A stretch of 64,000 bases of DNA from Octopus bimaculoides (taxonomy: Eukaryota), in the NCBI RefSeq assembly GCF_001194135.2, contig NC_068997.1, positions 42,230,775-42,294,774 of the forward strand, in the 5' to 3' direction. Both the position numbers and the translations under genes were made by a program. Below the pieces are notes generated by a model. That model saw only the letters and a program-made list of their open reading frames with translations, was not told where the DNA came from and searched no databases. Shown here piece after piece: positions 38,713 to 50,321 of the stretch; the first letter of the stretch is position 1; each line of letters begins with the position of its first letter.

Positions 38713-38949
38713 AAGTACTGCGGTGAATTTGGTCGGCAATGCCCCCAGACCAATCACCGAAACAATTAAAAGGAAAAGATAATGCATGATCATGTTGAAA
38801 AAAATGCTTTCTTCAAAATTTTTGCCATGCACAAAAAATATTACTGATAAAGAGTTTTCCACTTTGTTTTCTAAACCATTGGTTTTAATACATTTTATAA
38901 ACGTCCATGCGAAATGCATCGGCAGTTTTTGCTTTTAAAATCTGATCTG

Positions 38950-39420
38950 TCGTGCAACCAAGATGGTAAAAACAGTGAAGACCATGAAGGTATCGGCATA
39001 CAGGACAAAGGACATCAGTTTGTATTTTATCAGTGAGACTGCATTGTGTGGCCGACACATACGTATCAACCTGGATATCAACAGATCTGTAAATTTCACC
39101 ATTAATACCAGCGGCAATATAGTGCTAAATTCAATTCTTTCAGCGAGTAAAGTTACCTTGCTAGCATCACATCCAGGTGAATATATCCTTATCAACACCA
39201 CGCAAACCAAAAGCTGTTGACTCAGGCCGAGTAAATTCATAGAGATTCATTTTTAAGGGGATAAGAATGTCTGCAATGAAACATCGTGTGGTGGTAGTAC
39301 GCTGTTGCTATAAGGAGTCACAACGAACTGAAACAATATGGTATTGTAATGAGCACAATGGTTTTAGTTTGTGTTGCCGTGATGCCAGAAAAATGCACAG
39401 CACAGGCAGAAGGTTAGCCC
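38950..39420 (+). mobile_element. Possible piggyBac transposase C-terminal remnant
   Basis: RCCYKESQRTETIWYCNEHNGFSLCCRDARKMH resembles the piggyBac Cys-rich domain (C.VC...RKET.YYC..C...LC...CF..YH). Confidence 0.4.
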
Positions 39421-39451
39421 ATAAAGCGCTGGGATTTGCACTTACATAGCA

Positions 39452-39643
39452 CGGAGACCTTTCATCTGACTCTTCCAAATCTTCGTTAAAACTGTATTGA
39501 AACCATTGGTGGATTTTTTTTTTTTTTTGTTATCAAAGCAACTGGTCGCACACCACCAGGTTTAACGGAACCTACTGAAGCAAGCTAGTATGATCGCAGC
39601 ATTACCACGGACGATGGCGAGCCTAAGGCGTTGGGAAAGCCAA
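39452..39643 (-). mobile_element. CRE-like non-LTR retrotransposon 3' end (short copy)
   Basis: Near-identical to 41063-41250; encodes ..QRLRLAIVRGNAAIILA.. Confidence 0.75.
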
Positions 39644-39702
39644 ATAGTTAAAATATCTTCTTAGTATACAACAGTGGCAAGTTTTACATCATCTGAAAAG
39701 TC

Positions 39703-39739
<37 letters not shown>

Positions 39740-41062
39740 TCGAAATGTAAAAGACTTTTTCACTTTCCCGAGCGTCAAACTATAACACCTGTCTTCGTCT
39801 TTTGTTTTTCTATGAATTTCAATTACACACACTGGCATTTATTTATTTATTTGCTAATTCGAACAAAATGTACGCATAAACAATTCGTTTTTCTTATCGC
39901 TGTAGATTTCTTTTTTTTTTTTTTGCGGGGAGGGGTATGTGCATAAATTTTGATATTTGTTTATCTTCGAGTTAGACAAAAAGAAAAAGAAAGCTGTTGC
40001 TAGCCGAAATGATACGAGTTGCAACTTGACAAAATAGAAGTGAATCCCTGCAATGAAGGATCGCCAAGAATTTCACCAAGTTAGAGTGGAGGAAGGAAAT
40101 GGAATTATTCAATCAGACATTATATATAAATCAATCTTGTGATTCTATCAATCGTATTTTTTTTAAAATTCGTTTACAGCCTCCAAACATTAACAATCGA
40201 AAGAACCCCTACGTGTCGTTCGAGCCGCGACAGATAGCAGTTAAATCTTTCACAAATCATACTGCAACCCTCTTTTAAAAAGGGGAACGGCGACACACGA
40301 TAATGTCTCCTTAACAAAAAGAAAAAAAAGAAAACAATGTTCATGGCTACATTCAATGTAGATCATTTCATTAAACTGTATCATTATAATGGTCGTTTGA
40401 ATCACTTTGTTTCAAAAATTCATATTTCTATATAGCATCCCAGAAGTTAATTAAAGTCAATTGGACAAATTTTAAAAAGGATTGCCAAACTTATATACTA
40501 TAGGCATTTATTATCTTTTACTGCTACATGTCTATTAGTGTTACTAATAGTCATTTAGCTAATATTGTGAGCTAACGCCATACATGTTAAGTCACATGCA
40601 AACTAGAAATGCGTAAACGATACGTTTATATGCTTTGGTTCTCTGCTGTTAAATTATGTGTTTGTTTCAATCGTTGGTGCTAATTTATTTAAGCGTAGAA
40701 TTTTTAACCACCCACTGCGAACTCCCTATGTTTTTCTGTTAAAAAAACAAAAAGCAACTTTTCGGCTTTATATGTTTTCAGTATGAAAAATTCAAAAACC
40801 GTTTTTTTTTTAAGTCAAGCGATGCAGGCATGGGTGTGGAGTGAAGAAATTTGCTTTGCAACCGCGTGGCTGCGAGTTCAAACCCACTGTCGGCACCAAG
40901 GGTATCTCCTATTAGACCTGGGCTGACCAATGTGAATTTATGAAGTTTTTATTTTCATATAAAACATAAACATGTACATCTTTTAGAACATTGTCATTTA
41001 TAAGATTTTACTGGCAAATTTTTGAATTAACATAAACATTAATTTACATGAAAGAAAATTAA

Positions 41063-41470
41063 CGGAGAACTTTCATCTGACTCTTCCAAATCTTCGTTAA
41101 AACTGTATTGAAACCATTAGTGGATTTTTTGATTTTTTTATCAAAGCAACTGGTCGCACACCTCTAGGTTTAACGGAACCTACTGAAGGAAGCCAGTATA
41201 ATCGCAGCATTACCACGGACGATGGCGAGCCTAAGGCGTTGGAAAAGCCAAGTACCCCCACGGGCATCACCTGACACGTCGGTGAGGCAAGCTGCCAACG
41301 TTGACAAGAACTTTGCTGTTAGTGGCCCAGTTCCTCCGAATGTCACAAACACCATAGAATGGAAGAGAGAATTCTGTCATGTCACAGTACTTCAGGGTTT
41401 TCTTCCGTTCGGCTACGGAAGCAGTGACCTTCCCATTAACTGCAGGATGTGAGAGGGAGCAAAGGAGTTG
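41063..41470 (-). mobile_element. CRE-like non-LTR retrotransposon 3' end with restriction-like endonuclease motifs
   Basis: ASVAERKKTLKY..(frameshift)..TFGGTGPLTAKFLSTLAACLTDVSGDARGGTWLFQRLRLAIVRGNAAIIL matches the CRE-clade AE..K..KY...ETFG.WG...FQRLS.AIQRGNAA pattern. Confidence 0.8.
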
Positions 41471-42119
41471 AAAAAAATTCTTCAGCAATAACAGAAGAAA
41501 AAGAGCTTAGGTTAATATTTTAAGTTCCATTTTAAGACAGCGAGCTGGCAAGATCGTTAGCACGCAAGGTAAAATGCTTAGCGGCATTTCTTCTGTCTTC
41601 ACCCGAGTTCAAATTCCGTCGGGGTCTACTTTGCCTTTCATCCTTTTCGGGTCAATAAAACAAGTACCAGTTGAACACTGGAATCGAGGGAATTGCTGGC
41701 CTTGTGCCAAAATTTGAAATCAATATTTTAGTGTCATTTCTTTCGCATCTTAAAATAAGATATAACCAAAGCTTATCTGTATGCCTTTACCTAAAACGAA
41801 ATTATAATGTCAGATATATGACACTCCAATAATAGGATTATTAAAATGTCGAAACGCTGTTAAAGCTGTGTGTTTGCATTTATAAATATTTTTTTTTTAA
41901 AGTGTGCACTTCAATCGTATAAACACATTTGTTTGCAGTAGTATTTAAATGTTCAAGGGTACGTCAGGGCAATAGTAATGCTTTCATTAGTTTGAAAGCC
42001 AATAGAGCTTATTACATGATATTCGTGTTTTTTTATCCATATAATTAAGATATAATTACATTTATACAGCAACTAGACTGAGAATTCTTATTGTTTTTTA
42101 ACAGTACATTTTATATTGC

Positions 42120-43015
42120 TGCTTAGCGACCTGGCAAACTGTTTAGCAGCATTTCGTCTGTTTTCACGTTCTGGGTTCAAATTCTGCCGAGGTCGACTTT
42201 GGCTTTCATCCTTTCCGGGTCGATAAAATAAGTACCAGTTGAGCACTGGGATCGATGTAATCGACTTATCCCCTTCCCCAAAGTAGCTGACCTTGTGCAA
42301 AATTTTGAAACCCTATTTCGACTACAAAGGTTACAAACGGCAGAATCGTCAACACACCGGACAAAATGCTGAACGCTACCTACTCTGTCTTTACGTTCTA
42401 AGTTCAAATTCCGCCGAAGTCGACTTTTCCTCTCATCCTTTCGCGGTTGGTAAAATAAGTATCAGTTGAGTACTGGGGTCGATGCAATCGACAAGCCCCC
42501 ACCACCTCCACACCAAAAAAAAAAATTAATTTCAGCCCTTGTGCTTATAGTAGAATTACTATTACGATTGATATAGTGGTGAACTAACAGAATCGTCAAA
42601 GCGTCGGAAAAAAATACCTTGTATTTATTCCAGCAATTTACGTCTATAGTTCAAATAGCACCAAGGTATATTTTGTCTCTCAACCCTTCGAGGTCGATAC
42701 AAATAAAATACCTGTCAAGTGCTGCAGTCGACGTAATTCTACCTATTGCTTAGCCTCAACTCACTAATCTCGTGACTAAACCGCAAACCTTTATTAGTTA
42801 TGTTGGTTGTGACGGCGGATTGACAGAATCTTTAGTGTTCTGGCAGTTATTTCTTCCGACTCTTTAACGTTTTGAGTTCAAATCGCGCAGAGGTCAAGTT
42901 TACCTTTCGATCTGCCTGGAGTTGATAAAATAAAGTACAAGTGCTGAGAACCGATAGAATCGACTAACATCCCCTCCTCAAAACTGCTGGTTTTGTGCTC
43001 AAATTAGAATAAGTT
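42120..43015 (+). mobile_element. Four head-to-tail diverged copies of SINE family B (a fifth at about 41535-41725)
   Basis: Units start near 42121, 42335, 42575 and 42810, each with gttcaaat..gtcga..aataagta. Confidence 0.8.
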
Positions 43016-44110
43016 ATGTTCTGTTGTTACCGACTCTGGATATCTGGTTTTCAAAACATGAATGCCCGAGGACCGCATTAAAAAATACTATAGAAGTTAG
43101 TGAAGACAGGGGTAAAAACTGACGTCTAAACCAACATTAACTTCTTAATTAAAACGGAAAGGACAGTTTTCAGGGCCGTATAAGAATGAGTATGTTTAAA
43201 ATTATCAACATGACACCTTATTCTAGATACTAGACTTTTTCTTTTTCCTAATCAAAATTCTCGTTTGAATAAAAGAAATATTCCATGATTAAATATAGAC
43301 TTTTCGATAACATAGATCTCTGATATAAGTTCAATTTCACACAAATTTTGGGAAGGATTGTAGACAACAGTACTTGAATGATACTTATATATTATCGACC
43401 GGGAAGTTGATCCATCACCACTACCCATGTAAAATTAGAAATTTTTCGGTAATGTGTACATGCGACTCAGTTTCCATTCCTGGTTGTTCGTGCGATTTAC
43501 TAAAAACTAAACTAAATTCGATTTTTCGAACGTCAAATAGGATATTACCGAAATTATTTTACAAGGTACATAGCTTTAAATACCGTTTCCATTGGTATGA
43601 TAGTTATTGTACGATCAGCATGCATCCAGGAATAAAACTCCTGATGACAACTGGCGATCAAACTGATCGAAACGTATAAAATAATTTTCTTTAAAAATGA
43701 AATTCGAAAAATTATAAACTCATAAAAAACACAGACATTTCGATCTACTTTGATTTTAGTTTTTAAAATCAAATATCCGAAGAAAATGAGAGAATGTGTC
43801 CATAGTTTTTTTTTTTATTGTACGTTCCAGTTTTCACTGCTGTCAATCAAGATGAATCTCTCAAGAGATAAAGGCCCGAATCAAACAAGTTAAAATTATT
43901 CAAAGTTAGATGTAACTCAGTCCTAACATCCGTAATGTTTTGGAAGGAGAAAAAAATTCCACAGTAACATCACACACACACACACACACACACAAACAAA
44001 CAAACATTTCCCACTTATGTCGAAGGTATAAAATAAAAGCTGAATATAATCAAAAGCAACATCACAATGAACGAAAGAAATATATGCAAAATCTATAGAT
44101 ATTGCTAGAG

Positions 44111-44366
44111 CAGGGGTTTTCAAACTTTTTGACTTGCGGACCCCTTTATATTTCAGGCTAAACGCTTATGAAATTTATACATAAATATTTGCTTAAAATA
44201 ACATATTTTTACATTTATCCATTTAACAGTATTTAACAAATAGGTTTATTGTCAATTAAAAGATTTCGATTAAAAACCATATATAAAATCAAATTGCCCA
44301 TAAAAAGTATTTGCTGTTCACGGACCCCTTGTCTTGTCCTTGCGGACCACAGTTTGAAAACCCCTG
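44111..44366. mobile_element. hAT (Charlie-like) MITE, opposite orientation to 5074
   Basis: TIRs caggggttttcaaact / agtttgaaaacccctg; perfect 8-bp TSD tgctagag. Confidence 0.92.
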
Positions 44367-46439
44367 TGCTAGAGTGCATAAACAAACAAACAAAAAAACA
44401 CCAGCCGAGGAAAGAAAAATGTTTATACACATGCACACAAACACACGGTCTGACGAAGCCGAGTAAGCCAAAACTTCGAAGTCACTGTCAACCTTTTCCT
44501 TGTAAAAGTTTAATAAACATGTACTACTCTGCTAAAATAAATAAATAAATAAATAAATAAACCTACCGATAAATCTAATCTTTCAGTTTTATGTTAGTTT
44601 TATGTTACATCTACGCTATTCTAATTGACAAAAGTGAAAGTGAATTCTAAACTCAAAGATTGCCCATTCCAGATAATCGACGTCAGGGCTGATGTACAGT
44701 TCGAATTGTAGATCGATGTTTGTAAGGAGCTTGTGGGCAGAGACAAGCTACGTGGAGTGGGCAGAGGGTTTAATGGTGGGTCTGTAAGTGATGATACACA
44801 GTAAGGATGTCAGGGAGAAGGGTGAAAAAGTTGGCGGATCGAAGATCTAATTTGAGAGGGAGTTGCTATGTGGGGACCACAAAGCAGAGACTGCTGTAGT
44901 ACCTTGGAATACGTGGAGAGGAAGAGCAGCAGCATGTCGCATCCTTTTGCTCTTGTTTACATAAATATGTGATGCAAGTCAAGGAAGTGTACTATTACAG
45001 CCGAGCACTAACAGCTGTATCATGCTGGTATGGCCGAAAACATCATCATAACACTACCACTCTAAATACCTTGTAAAAGAAAATACCCTGTAAAATCGAT
45101 ATTCCCCAAATTAAACACGGACTTTATGGTCATCTAAGGCGTGATATACTACTCGCATTTGACTCCTATTTTGAGGTTATTCGTAGAGGAGGGCTGCTGT
45201 TTAAAGTAAACGTACATATATAAATAAACATGTCGCAGTTCGAAATTATCTTGACATTTTCATGTTCTAAAAGATATAGTTAGTGTGTAGGAGTTAACTG
45301 CAATGTTGGTGGTCTGTAATAGTAAACTGAAGGAGAATTTAGAAAGTAGTGGGAGAGCCAAATTCATGTGTATTTTATGAAACGAATATTTTGGGAGTTA
45401 CATGCAGTGTGAGTTTGAAGCGGGTGCTAAAAAAATTAACAACACAATAACAGTGAAATTCAAAAACGGAGCTGTCATTGCAGGAAAAAGAGGCTATGTG
45501 CATAAATGTTTACAAACGACTTAAGAACGTGGGAAATTAAGCTAGTGGGGGTGGTCAAGTGGTTTGGACACAAGAGTTAGCATCCAACTACTGCATATAT
45601 CGAGTCAATTACTAAACAAGGTGTTTGATCTTAATCGATGAAGACATCATTTCATTCATATAAATGTGCCATCAAAACAGTTCAAAACTATTTCATAAAT
45701 AAATACACGAACATAATTAGCCGCCGAATCTTTTAATGAAAACAAAAACCGAATTTAACGATAAAGTTTACTATTGCGTAAGAAAACAAGGAAGAAATTG
45801 TACTAAAAGAATTGACACGAGATTCAGAAAGGATTATTGGTGAATAACATGGAATCAATATGGAATTTCTAATTCACAAATATTTAAAGAAATTGACAGA
45901 AGATGAATTACGAATACCGATTAATTTGATACACAGAAGAAAGAGAGAAAAATAGTCAAGTGAAATCACAACAAACAGCCACTCACTAGCATTTAAGACT
46001 AAACAATTGTGTTATTTAGTTGTTTTTTCTGGAAATACTCCAAAACAAATGAATGAGTGAGAAAAAGATAATTTAATTTGCGTTTTAAAAATAATTCAAT
46101 GCACAGCCAACATTATATAGCTTCTATTAAGGAAACTAATTTAGTCGAGTAGGTGTTGGTTGTTGCGTCTATGAAATGTTTAAATATTAACTGAGTTTAA
46201 AACCGGCGACAGGTCTTTCTCGCTCGTCAGTGTGTATATATGTGAAAGAAAAAACATCACACGAGCTTTTCTGTAATCGTTGTCTGATTCTAGAAATAGT
46301 CATTTTAGTGGCAGTGAACAGTCAGCATGTTAAACCTACTAACCGGAACTATATTGTTCTACAGCAATTGCAAACTAGATGACGAAATAAGAGAAAATAA
46401 ATTAAACTGCCAATTTTTTTACGTTGTTTTAATATTTAC

Positions 46440-46547
46440 CTCAGCGGATATCAGTCTCTGCGCTTGTGGATCATCGTATGGAAGTCGTGGAACTTTGGAT
46501 AAAGGAAACTTGTAGCGATGCGGTGGGTCTCCTGCTTCGGCTGCCAT
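46440..46547 (-). CDS. HIF1AN: HIF1AN/FIH-1 coding exon 1 (MAAEAGDPPHRYKFPLSKVPRLPYDDPQAQRLISAE)
   Basis: ATG at 46547-46545; 36 codons; donor GAG|GTAAAT, phase 0. The peptide resembles the FIH N-terminus (human ..[26 protein letters not shown]). Not in the ORF track; read by hand. Confidence 0.9.
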
Positions 46548-46823
46548 CGTTTCGAATATAATTAGAATAAAGCCGTAACTGCTTTCTCACTCAGCCGACC
46601 ACAGCACGATTTCCACATAGAAAGACACTTGAAAACAACAACAAAAACAAGAGAAAGAAGGAGAAGCAGTAAGAGGGGGTAAATCAGACTTGAAGTAGCA
46701 GCAGGAGCGGATGGGAAAAGAACCAGCCTCGGTTTCATTGTTATTCCGTCACAGCACTCTAAGTGTAAACACAACTTCTAAATGACAAAAAAAATCTGGG
46801 GTTCTACACAGATTCATGAATGA

Positions 46824-46839
46824 ACGTGCCCTTCACGTA
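46824..46839. promoter_or_regulatory. Inverted pair of RCGTG (HRE-core) motifs about 280 bp upstream of the HIF1AN ATG
   Basis: aACGTGcccttCACGTa. Motif match only. Confidence 0.3.
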
Positions 46840-47435
46840 TCTCTCCCCCGATTAGCCTCTCATCCTTACACTTGTTTAGTTAGTACTATCAAGGTACAAG
46901 GTCTTTTTCTCTCGTGTTTCTACTATATTGTGTAAACTTAGGTCGCTCTAAATCGAGCAGACAGACATATGCCATGCTGGTTGTCGACCGTACGGCTAGA
47001 CACAACCCACAGATCAGTTGTAGGTATATCATGCCTCTGCTATGCAATGAGGTATCGTTTGACAGGGGTAGAGCCAGGAATTATTGTGACAGTCTGGGTA
47101 CATTGTAGAAGTCAACTCCCAAATGATTCGATTTCGAGATCAGGTTTTGATACCCGATATAAAGTACCTTTTCTTCGCAATCAGCTTTTTAACACTCATG
47201 GATGCGGCACAGTCACAACGACATCCCATTTTTCATTCTACTATAAATTTCAGGCGCTGTTCCTAGTTAAAGGAAAATAGAGTAAATCCTGCAATGTGTG
47301 TGTGTGTGCACGCGCGCGCATGTGTGTAGATATAATTATAAGTATTACAGTTCTATATTTAAGAGATGAGGAATTATTTACATTATTTACATTATTTACA
47401 TTTGACGGATATTTCTCCTCATCTTGTTTGTTGTT

Positions 47436-47481
47436 AACACAACGTTTCGGCTGATATACCCTCCAGCCTTCGTCAGGTGTC
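47436..47481 (-). ncRNA. Minimal type-I hammerhead ribozyme motif, intact core (mirror copy)
   Basis: The same 46-nt motif on the minus strand. Confidence 0.8.
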
Positions 47482-47553
47482 GTGGGGAAATTTCGAACCT
47501 GGGTTCTCATTCCTAATGTTAGGAATGAGAACCCAGGTTCGAAATTTCCCCAA

Positions 47554-47599
47554 GACACCTGACGAAGGCTGGAGGGTATATCAGCCGAAACGTTGTGTT
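47554..47599 (+). ncRNA. Minimal type-I hammerhead ribozyme motif, intact core
   Basis: gacac-CTGACGA-a-ggctg[gagggtatat]cagcc-GAAA-CG-T-T-gtgtt. Predicted cleavage 3' of 47594. Confidence 0.8.
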
Positions 47600-47769
47600 A
47601 ACAACAAACAAGATGAGGAGAAATATCCGTCAAATGTAAATAATGTAATTATAAGTATGCTTTGTATTTTTTATTTCATTATTTAGTTGTGGTGGAAGGG
47701 CTATGTTTGCGATATAGACCCACTGAGTCCGATGACATTGGGGTTAATGTTCATTGTGTACACGTTAAA

Positions 47770-48050
47770 AGTTAACGGCAGCATGATAAACATGGGCATC
47801 TTCTGCGAAGTAAGGACTGAAAAGCGATGAGTATGGGACAATAAAGATAATGAGAGGAGGGGAGACTAATGAGTTTGCCAAAGTAGAGGTGGTGCGAAAC
47901 CATCCCAGGCCCGATGAACAGGGAAAGTAGAAACGACAGCTGGGAGACAGCATATTCATGGCTCGGGCTGGAGTGTGTTGGTGAATGACTTGATGCCAAT
48001 CGAATCGCCTGGTGCTTTGGGGAGATGGGGTGGGGGAGGTATTTAATTTT
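47770..48050 (-). mobile_element. CR1/L2-like LINE 3' fragment (a related fragment at about 44720-44950)
   Basis: ..HSPTHSSPSHEYAVSQLSFLLSL resembles ..SLQPLSHRRAVASLSLFY. Confidence 0.5.
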
Positions 48051-48493
48051 TTTAAATGCAATGTAGTAGAGTGTCTCTATGTGTAACAGCCGCGTCGTTC
48101 CTTTGTGGGTCTCAATTAAACTTATAGTGTAAGTAGTTGAGGGGTTGGTAAAAGTATTTTCCGGGTCTGTAAGGGAAGGTCAATCTTTTTGAGGAGGTTA
48201 CGGTTGAAGATATGAAATCAGTGATTGTGGGGCGTGGTCACAGTTGTCACAAGGAGTGTAAGATGTGGAGTTGCAGACAACACCAGGTAATACAATCAGA
48301 GGGGCGTTAGACAAACAAGATAATGCATAAGTGTTTGTAATTGTTATCTGTCGTGTATTGTGCACTTCGTTCTTAAACATTATTAATTGTAGTTACTCTA
48401 TCGCTAAAATGTTGTCAATTGGTATTTACATCTTTTTTTTCTTTGATATTTTTATCATGGAGAAATTGCTTTACTTGGCATGGCTTAAAATTA

Positions 48494-48538
48494 ATCCAGA
48501 TTATCCAGATTATCCAGATTATCCAGATTATCCAGATT
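48494..48538. repeat. 9-bp tandem repeat x5 (atccagatt)
   Basis: Direct reading; lies just upstream of the Gypsy protease motif. Confidence 0.95.
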
Positions 48539-48929
48539 ATCGTACCAAACGTGCTCCAAAATTTATCTTTTGCTAAGAAGGAGGTAATTATCAACAATCA
48601 TGTTCTTACTGCACTCATTGACTCTGCTAGTTCAGTTTTATAAGCCCAGACACAGCATACTTTCCATTACTCCACAATTAGCTTTATTAACACAAATGGG
48701 ACTAGCTAATTTTAATGCTAAAATTATTCTTGTACTGTTCATACAGAACTGAAATGCATGCATTTCCTGTTATTAATCTTATGTTAATTTTAGAGTTTTT
48801 TTAAAACCTATGCAGTGGTACTATTCTTAATTAAAATTTTCATATCATTACTGAATATAGCAATTGCTCACCAGATCTTATAGCAAAACCCTAAATCATT
48901 GGTTGCTAATGCAACTAGGCCATGTGTAG

Positions 48930-49260
48930 CCCCCAAATTCTGTTTCCAAGACCAGCTCAAGGCCACTCTCCTCAGCTGCTCCATTGACCCAAATACCTGG
49001 GAGACAATTGCCAAGGACCACCCAAAGTGATGGTATGTCAATGTCAAAAGAACACAGCAGATGGAAAATAATAGATGTCAAGAAGCAGAGATCAGCCGTC
49101 AAAGACAGAAAGAGTGACTCACACTTCCTCATCTCCCACCAACACCTGTGATAAATGTTTCCCTGGATCTTCTATGCTGCCCTTGACCTAAACAGTCAGC
49201 TCAGACACCAGTACCCTTTGCACCCATTAGGATGAAGAGGCTCAATCACTCACTACAGAT
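48930..49260 (+). mobile_element. RTE (BovB-like) LINE 3' fragment nested in the Gypsy remnant
   Basis: PKFCFQDQLKATLLSCSIDPNTWETIAKDHPK*W...RQRQK..TCDKC. Confidence 0.8.
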
Positions 49261-49932
49261 TAACTACTCAGATTTGAGTTAATGCCACTGCCACCAAAGC
49301 AAACAATGATGGCTTAATAATTTTTTTTCTTTTTAAATCATCCAACACCAACTGGTGACGCTATGAGTTTCCTCCATGTATTGCATTCTTGCACCACATT
49401 CATCATGTAGTCCAACATCTTCGTCAATGATTTTCTTGGGGGTCAGGTTCAGGTGGCCACATCTACGAGTGACATTGGGGGACCATAACAGAATTCTTGC
49501 AGCAGCTTCACGGTGTTTCATTTACATGTCCAGCAAGAAGTAGACAACACTTTCTAATGACAGTTGAAATCTTCAGAAGATGCCCATATAAGATTTTGTT
49601 AGTCATGTACGACTACCAAGAGATGGCAAAACTGCCACAAATGCAGTGTAGTCTCACCTGATTCCAACAGAAGTATTTTGTGATGTTCACTCTTTCAGTT
49701 GAGAATTTATTGGTAAAGAAGTTTATGTTCGATGATTTAGATACACACTTCCACATATTGATGGTATAATCATTAAGTTATTCTGCATGCAATTTTTTCT
49801 CTACCTTCAACTGAAAGGGTGCACATCATAAAATACTTCTATTGGAATCAGGTAAGACTACACTGCATTTGCAGTAGTTTTGCCATATTCCTTTTAGCTT
49901 TGCAAATGGTGCTGCCTATTTCCAGATGACTA

Positions 49933-50321
49933 TTGTTGTTGTTGGCACTCCGTCGCTTATGACGTCGAGGGTTCCAGTTGATCCGATCAATGGAACAGCC
50001 TGCTCGTGAAATTAACGTGTAAGTGGCTGAGCACTCCACAGACACGTGTACCCTTAACGTAGTTCTCGGGGATATTCAGCGTGACACAGTGTGACAAGGC
50101 TGACCCTTTGAATTACAGGCACAACAGAAACAGGAAGTAAGAGTGAGAGAAAGTTGTGGTGGAAGAGTACAGCAGGGTTTGCCACCATCCCCTGCCGGAG
50201 CCTTGTGGAGCTTTAAGTGTTTTCGCTCAATAAACACTCACAACGCCCGGTCTGGGAATTGAAACCGCGATCCTATGACCATGAGTCCACTGCCCTAACC
50301 ACTAGGCCATTGCGCCTCCAC
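49933..50321 (-). mobile_element. Full-length tRNA-derived SINE (family D) nested in the Gypsy RT
   Basis: Box A tggcctagtggtt, box B ggtttcaattccc, (CAA)n tail; 12-bp TSD tccagatgacta at 49921-49932 and 50322-50333. Confidence 0.92.

Larger units (their letters stand above)
47346..47645. mobile_element. Inverted-dimer retroelement with two intact hammerhead motifs (same family as 11813)
   Basis: Near-perfect palindrome centred on cattcctaa-tg-ttaggaatg; 13-bp TSD taattataagtat at 47333-47345 and 47646-47658. Confidence 0.9.

Noticed and set aside
43641-43675. CTGATGA ... GAAACGT hammerhead-like order
   Set aside because: Stem I does not form (aaactc versus tataaa) and stem II needs an 8-nt unpaired linker. 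At best a decayed relic.
44450-44475. CTGACGAAGCC..GCCAAAAC hammerhead-like motif
   Set aside because: GAAA is missing, stem II is not complementary, and there is no ACGU or stem I.
50250-50321. tRNA gene candidates (also near 12020-12110 and the SINE heads)
   Set aside because: Box A/B motifs are present, but there is no complete cloverleaf and they continue into SINE bodies with tails and TSDs.
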